A DNA stretch of 64,000 nt. Source: Minisyncoccota bacterium (GTDB lineage: Bacteria > Patescibacteriota > Minisyncoccia > Phycocordibacterales > Zambryskibacteraceae). Below are positions 61,187 to 64,000 of the stretch, one piece after another. Below the pieces are notes generated by a model. That model was not told the DNA's origin. It saw only the letters and a list, made by a program, of their open reading frames with translations, and did no database searches. The position numbers and the translations under genes are program-made. The stretch spans positions 27,821 through 91,820 of the forward strand of contig JAGVCW010000021.1 of NCBI GenBank assembly GCA_020059045.1, written 5' to 3'. The first letter of the stretch is position 1; every line of letters starts with the position of its first letter.

Positions 61187-61358
61187 ATATATTTACTTCG
61201 CTCAAATGGAGGCGCATACGCGCATCGGTGGACTCGTGGTCAGCTTTAAGGCCGGCTTGGATAGAAGCAGTTCTATCCTTCGCCCATCTCATCCGTCTCT
61301 CCATTGTTCAGGTAAGAAGTATACCTTGTGAATGAAAAGTGTTAAATATAGTTTATAT

Positions 61359-61634
61359 CTAGTCGGAAAAGAGAATACTTCTTAATTTATTGTATTCCTC
61401 TTCATTAAGTTTGTACTCTTGAACAACAAAGTGGGCAAAGGCATCTCCTGCCCAATTATCTATGCCTGGGCGGATTTCTCCTTTTTGAAAAGCTTCTACA
61501 AACTGAGGGAAGTTCTCAGAAGGTGACGTGGGGTAACTCTCAAGTAACCTGCGAGCAATTTTCTCTCTAATTTCAGCTAAAAATGCTCTGCTCTCTACAT
61601 CGGGACGTTCTTTTTTAGGTTGTTCTGGAGTCAT
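61359..61634 (-). CDS. Hypothetical protein
   Basis: 91-aa ORF. Confidence 0.4.
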   Translation of the reverse strand: MTPEQPKKERPDVESRAFLAEIREKIARRLLESYPTSPSENFPQFVEAFQKGEIRPGIDNWAGDAFAHFVVQEYKLNEEEYNKLRSILFSD

Positions 61635-61712
61635 GATGAAAATTATATATGAATTGGTCGTAATTTGTAATTAATCTTCAAGACTTTTGAACTTAAATTA
61701 AAGTTTAGAACC

Positions 61713-62261
61713 TTATTCTAAAGTATATTCCCATCCCGGCTTCCAAGATTTTGTTTTTCGCCAATCTTCAGCAAGTGCCTGCTTCCAAGTCTTTCCTTTA
61801 AGCAAAACATCGAGTGAAAGCTGTGGGGCTTTATGGCCAACAATCGCAATATTTTTCCCATCATAATTTTGCTTTAGAAATTCGAGAAAATCAGCAATGC
61901 GAGCTTTTACGTCTTCATAACTTTCACCTTCGGGAAAGGATTTTTCGATACACTCTTCCTCCTGCATTGGCTCAACAATATCTGAAGAAGCGCCGTTCAA
62001 TTTTCCGTAGTTACATTCACGCAATCTCGCGTCGGGGATGATTTGGTATATGTCTTCCCATGCAAGCTTTGCAGAATCATAAGCACGTTTTAGGTCAGAG
62101 CAGAAAACCACATCAAATTTCTGATCTTTGGTTTGGTCTTTGAGTGCGATTGATTGCTGTACGCCAAGTTCTGAAAGTTCAACATCCTTCCAGCCGGAAG
62201 AAATATGCTGCTCGTTGTCAGTTGTGGTGCCGTGTACGAAATAAGTAATTTTGATTGCCAT
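61713..62261 (-). CDS. Histidine phosphatase family protein (phosphoglycerate-mutase-like)
   Basis: ITYFVHGTTTDNE ... FCSDLKRAYDSA. Start taken at internal ATG 62261. Confidence 0.6.
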   Translation of the reverse strand: MAIKITYFVHGTTTDNEQHISSGWKDVELSELGVQQSIALKDQTKDQKFDVVFCSDLKRAYDSAKLAWEDIYQIIPDARLRECNYGKLNGASSDIVEPMQEEECIEKSFPEGESYEDVKARIADFLEFLKQNYDGKNIAIVGHKAPQLSLDVLLKGKTWKQALAEDWRKTKSWKPGWEYTLE

Positions 62262-62265
62262 AAGA

Positions 62266-62622
62266 TTAGGATAATTTACTTCCAAGTATTACCGAGTCGC
62301 TTTTAGGCTCAATGAGTACCCATCCATCACCTGCACTATTTTTAAAACCAAGAGTGAGAACTTCTGACCTAAATGGACCAACTTGCTTGGGTGGAAAATT
62401 AACAACACAACACACAAGCGAATTCAGAAGCTCTTCCTTGGTATGTGCTCCTACTGCCTGAACGCTCGATTGTTTTATTCCAATTTCAGTACCGAAATCG
62501 ATCTTGAGCTTATATGCAGGCTTTCGGGCTTCTGGAAAATCGGAAACCTCGACAATTTTACCAACTCGAATATCGACTTTTTCAAAATCGTCAAATGTTA
62601 TGGTTTTAGGTTTGTTGTCCAT
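62266..62622 (-). CDS. tRNA-binding domain protein (CsaA/Trbp111/EMAP-like OB fold)
   Basis: FEKVDIRVGKIVEVSDFPEARKPAYKLKIDFG... Confidence 0.7.
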   Translation of the reverse strand: MDNKPKTITFDDFEKVDIRVGKIVEVSDFPEARKPAYKLKIDFGTEIGIKQSSVQAVGAHTKEELLNSLVCCVVNFPPKQVGPFRSEVLTLGFKNSAGDGWVLIEPKSDSVILGSKLS

Positions 62623-62642
62623 AATTTGTTCAAAATGGCCTT

Positions 62643-63073
62643 ACTTTGCTTAAGTTCAAAGTTGCCAATCTGGCGGAGAGGGAAGAATGATTCGGTCACG
62701 AATCTTTTTCTGTTGAAAAAGTTCTCGACCTGGATTTCGAATCTGTTTCGAGTCTTACAGACTCTGTACACCTTTCGTATCGTGCTCGTAAACTGCGCGC
62801 GATGTACTCAAGGTTTTCGAATCTCCCACGTCCCGCTGTGGTGGGACTCCTCTCTCGCAAAATCACATCCCTTAAGAAGGGATAGATTTTGGCGGGGATG
62901 ATGCTCGGAACTTTGAACCTAAAACACGGCTCACGTTCGAGAATCTTGATAAAAGTATACAGAAACTAAGGGCTATCTACAAAGTCCACCCTGAATGGTT
63001 TGAAGTTCCTAAGCCGAAATCAGATAAAGGCAGGAATGAGGTTGATTACACTGAGCTTAACCAACCTTCATGA
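62643..63073 (+). repeat. Repeat unit B: 26-bp direct repeat of the tRNA-Ser 3' flank and end, degenerate tRNA fragments, conserved 3' coding fragment
   Basis: 62643-62668 is identical to 61081-61106. GATTCGGTCACGAATC remnant. TTCGAATCTCCCACGTCCCGC tRNA-like segment. 3' block homologous to unit A. Confidence 0.65.
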
Positions 63074-63990
63074 GCAGAATCGGCTGCTTTCGTATTGTCG
63101 AAAATAGAGTCAATGCGACGGATTATCGGAGCGTCGAGTGCAGAACCAACGTGCAAGAGAAATTCTTTTGTCGTTTCTAATATTAACTGTGCAATTGGCA
63201 GTATTTGTTGAGGTCTTGGGCGCCCCCATTCAAATTTTGGACTGAATCCTTGATCGCTGTATTCAAGATGATGGTCTAAAATGTCCGTCCAGTTACCATG
63301 AATGCTACGAGAACTACCGCCGTAAAGAGCAAGATACGTAGACTCAAGTCCTACGTCCCTAGTTCTCTCATAGAAGTTTTTATTTCCCCATTCTTTCGGT
63401 TGGTTTGGTAATACATCATCAATTTTTATTCCTGACTTCCTCGCGACTTTTTCAATAGATGAGAGCATTCGGTGCTCAATGTGTAAACTTATTCCTTTTC
63501 TATTTTCAATGTTTTTTGAAATTAAATCTCGTAATTTTCTCTCATTGCGTAATGCGTATTTTACGTATGAGTCGAACAGTTCTGTTGAATCATTTTTAAT
63601 TAAAAACTTTATGTTTACTACGTTTTCAAATAGAAGACGCGAAATAATAAAAACGACTTCTTGCCGTTTTTGACAAATTTGATCTAAATGAGCAGATAAG
63701 AGTTTGGAAAGACGTACAAAGTTGCCACCAATGATAGCTTGATCTCGAGTCCACTTCTTTGAGTCCGGGGGCAATACACCAGCAGCGAGCGCTACTATTG
63801 AAGCTGTTTCTTTCATCAGCTCTACTGACAGATGCATAAAATCGTCTTCGTTCTTTAGAGAATCAAGCTGTTCAGGAGTTATTTCGATGTGATTGATGGT
63901 CTCGAGTATCTCACCAATATCCGCTAATTCAGTTTCTTTACTTTCATTCATGAATGTCGTGCTTACCGTCGTTATAAAGTTTACGACCAT
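63046..63990 (-). CDS. Hypothetical protein (may extend past window end)
   Basis: 314-aa ORF. No stop between its ATG and the window edge. Confidence 0.45.
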   Translation of the reverse strand: MVVNFITTVSTTFMNESKETELADIGEILETINHIEITPEQLDSLKNEDDFMHLSVELMKETASIVALAAGVLPPDSKKWTRDQAIIGGNFVRLSKLLSAHLDQICQKRQEVVFIISRLLFENVVNIKFLIKNDSTELFDSYVKYALRNERKLRDLISKNIENRKGISLHIEHRMLSSIEKVARKSGIKIDDVLPNQPKEWGNKNFYERTRDVGLESTYLALYGGSSRSIHGNWTDILDHHLEYSDQGFSPKFEWGRPRPQQILPIAQLILETTKEFLLHVGSALDAPIIRRIDSIFDNTKAADSAHEGWLSSV

Positions 63991-64000
63991 ACATGACTGG

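Noticed and set aside
62383-62901. 172-aa + strand ORF
   Set aside because: It overlaps the minus-strand tRNA-binding protein gene and runs through tRNA-derived repeat sequence. It is likely spurious. The biologically meaningful frame is the shifted one carrying the conserved C-terminal peptide.
1-64000. CRISPR arrays, transposases or integrases
   Set aside because: No regularly spaced direct repeats with unique spacers were seen. No ORF shows transposase or integrase motifs. The only tandem repeats are the heptamer at 25661 and the coding STP/PT repeats.

Overview
This window is a low-GC (~40%) bacterial fragment and is probably from a CPR/Patescibacteria-like genome. The cues are that no L30 gene lies between rpsE and rplO, S14 is the Zn-ribbon type Z form, a 23S-rRNA-IVS-family four-helix-bundle gene sits among the r-protein genes, and there are two giant peptidoglycan-anchored surface proteins. 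Intact conserved genes read through in the standard code, so translation table 11 applies.

The window is dominated by a fragmented str/S10/spc ribosomal supercluster on the + strand, in the order fusA (5'-truncated), tuf, rpsJ, rplC, rplD, rplW, rplB, rpsS, rplV, rpsC, rplP, rpmC, rpsQ, rplN, rplX, rplE, rpsN, rpsH, rplF, rplR, rpsE, rplO, secY, adk, map, ndk. It is atypical in several ways:

1. A ~4.3 kb insertion sits between rplB and rpsS. It carries two MYG1/UPF0160 (DHH-motif exonuclease) paralogs and two high-GC foreign-looking genes with their own promoter and terminator.
2. A ~3.2 kb insert of hypothetical genes separates fusA from tuf.
3. Nearly every r-protein gene is separated by a 70-220 bp structured spacer from one of two conserved repeat families.
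4. A ~300-500 nt GC-rich structured ncRNA with RNase-P-RNA-like P4/CR-V motifs lies between rplE and rpsN.

The rest of the window holds:
- rplT, rpmI and infC on the - strand.
- A tmRNA (ssrA), a GIY-YIG gene and smpB together on the - strand.
- ftsH, an ABC exporter pair, recG, a bacterial SWIB/MDM2-domain protein and guaA.
- tRNA-Ile(UAU) and a type-II tRNA-Ser-like gene with an odd ACT anticodon.
- Two ~1,460-1,510 aa secreted multidomain proteins with PG-binding domains, Ig-like, SH3b-like and beta-helix modules, and STP/PT repeat linkers.
- A tRNA-Ser-associated variable region. Two ~420 bp repeat units (58150-58560 and 62643-63073) in it carry tRNA-Ser-derived fragments plus a conserved 3' gene fragment that differs mainly at synonymous sites.

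No CRISPR array and no recognisable transposase or integrase gene were seen. All calls rest on reading the sequence and ORF translations by eye, with no database searches run.
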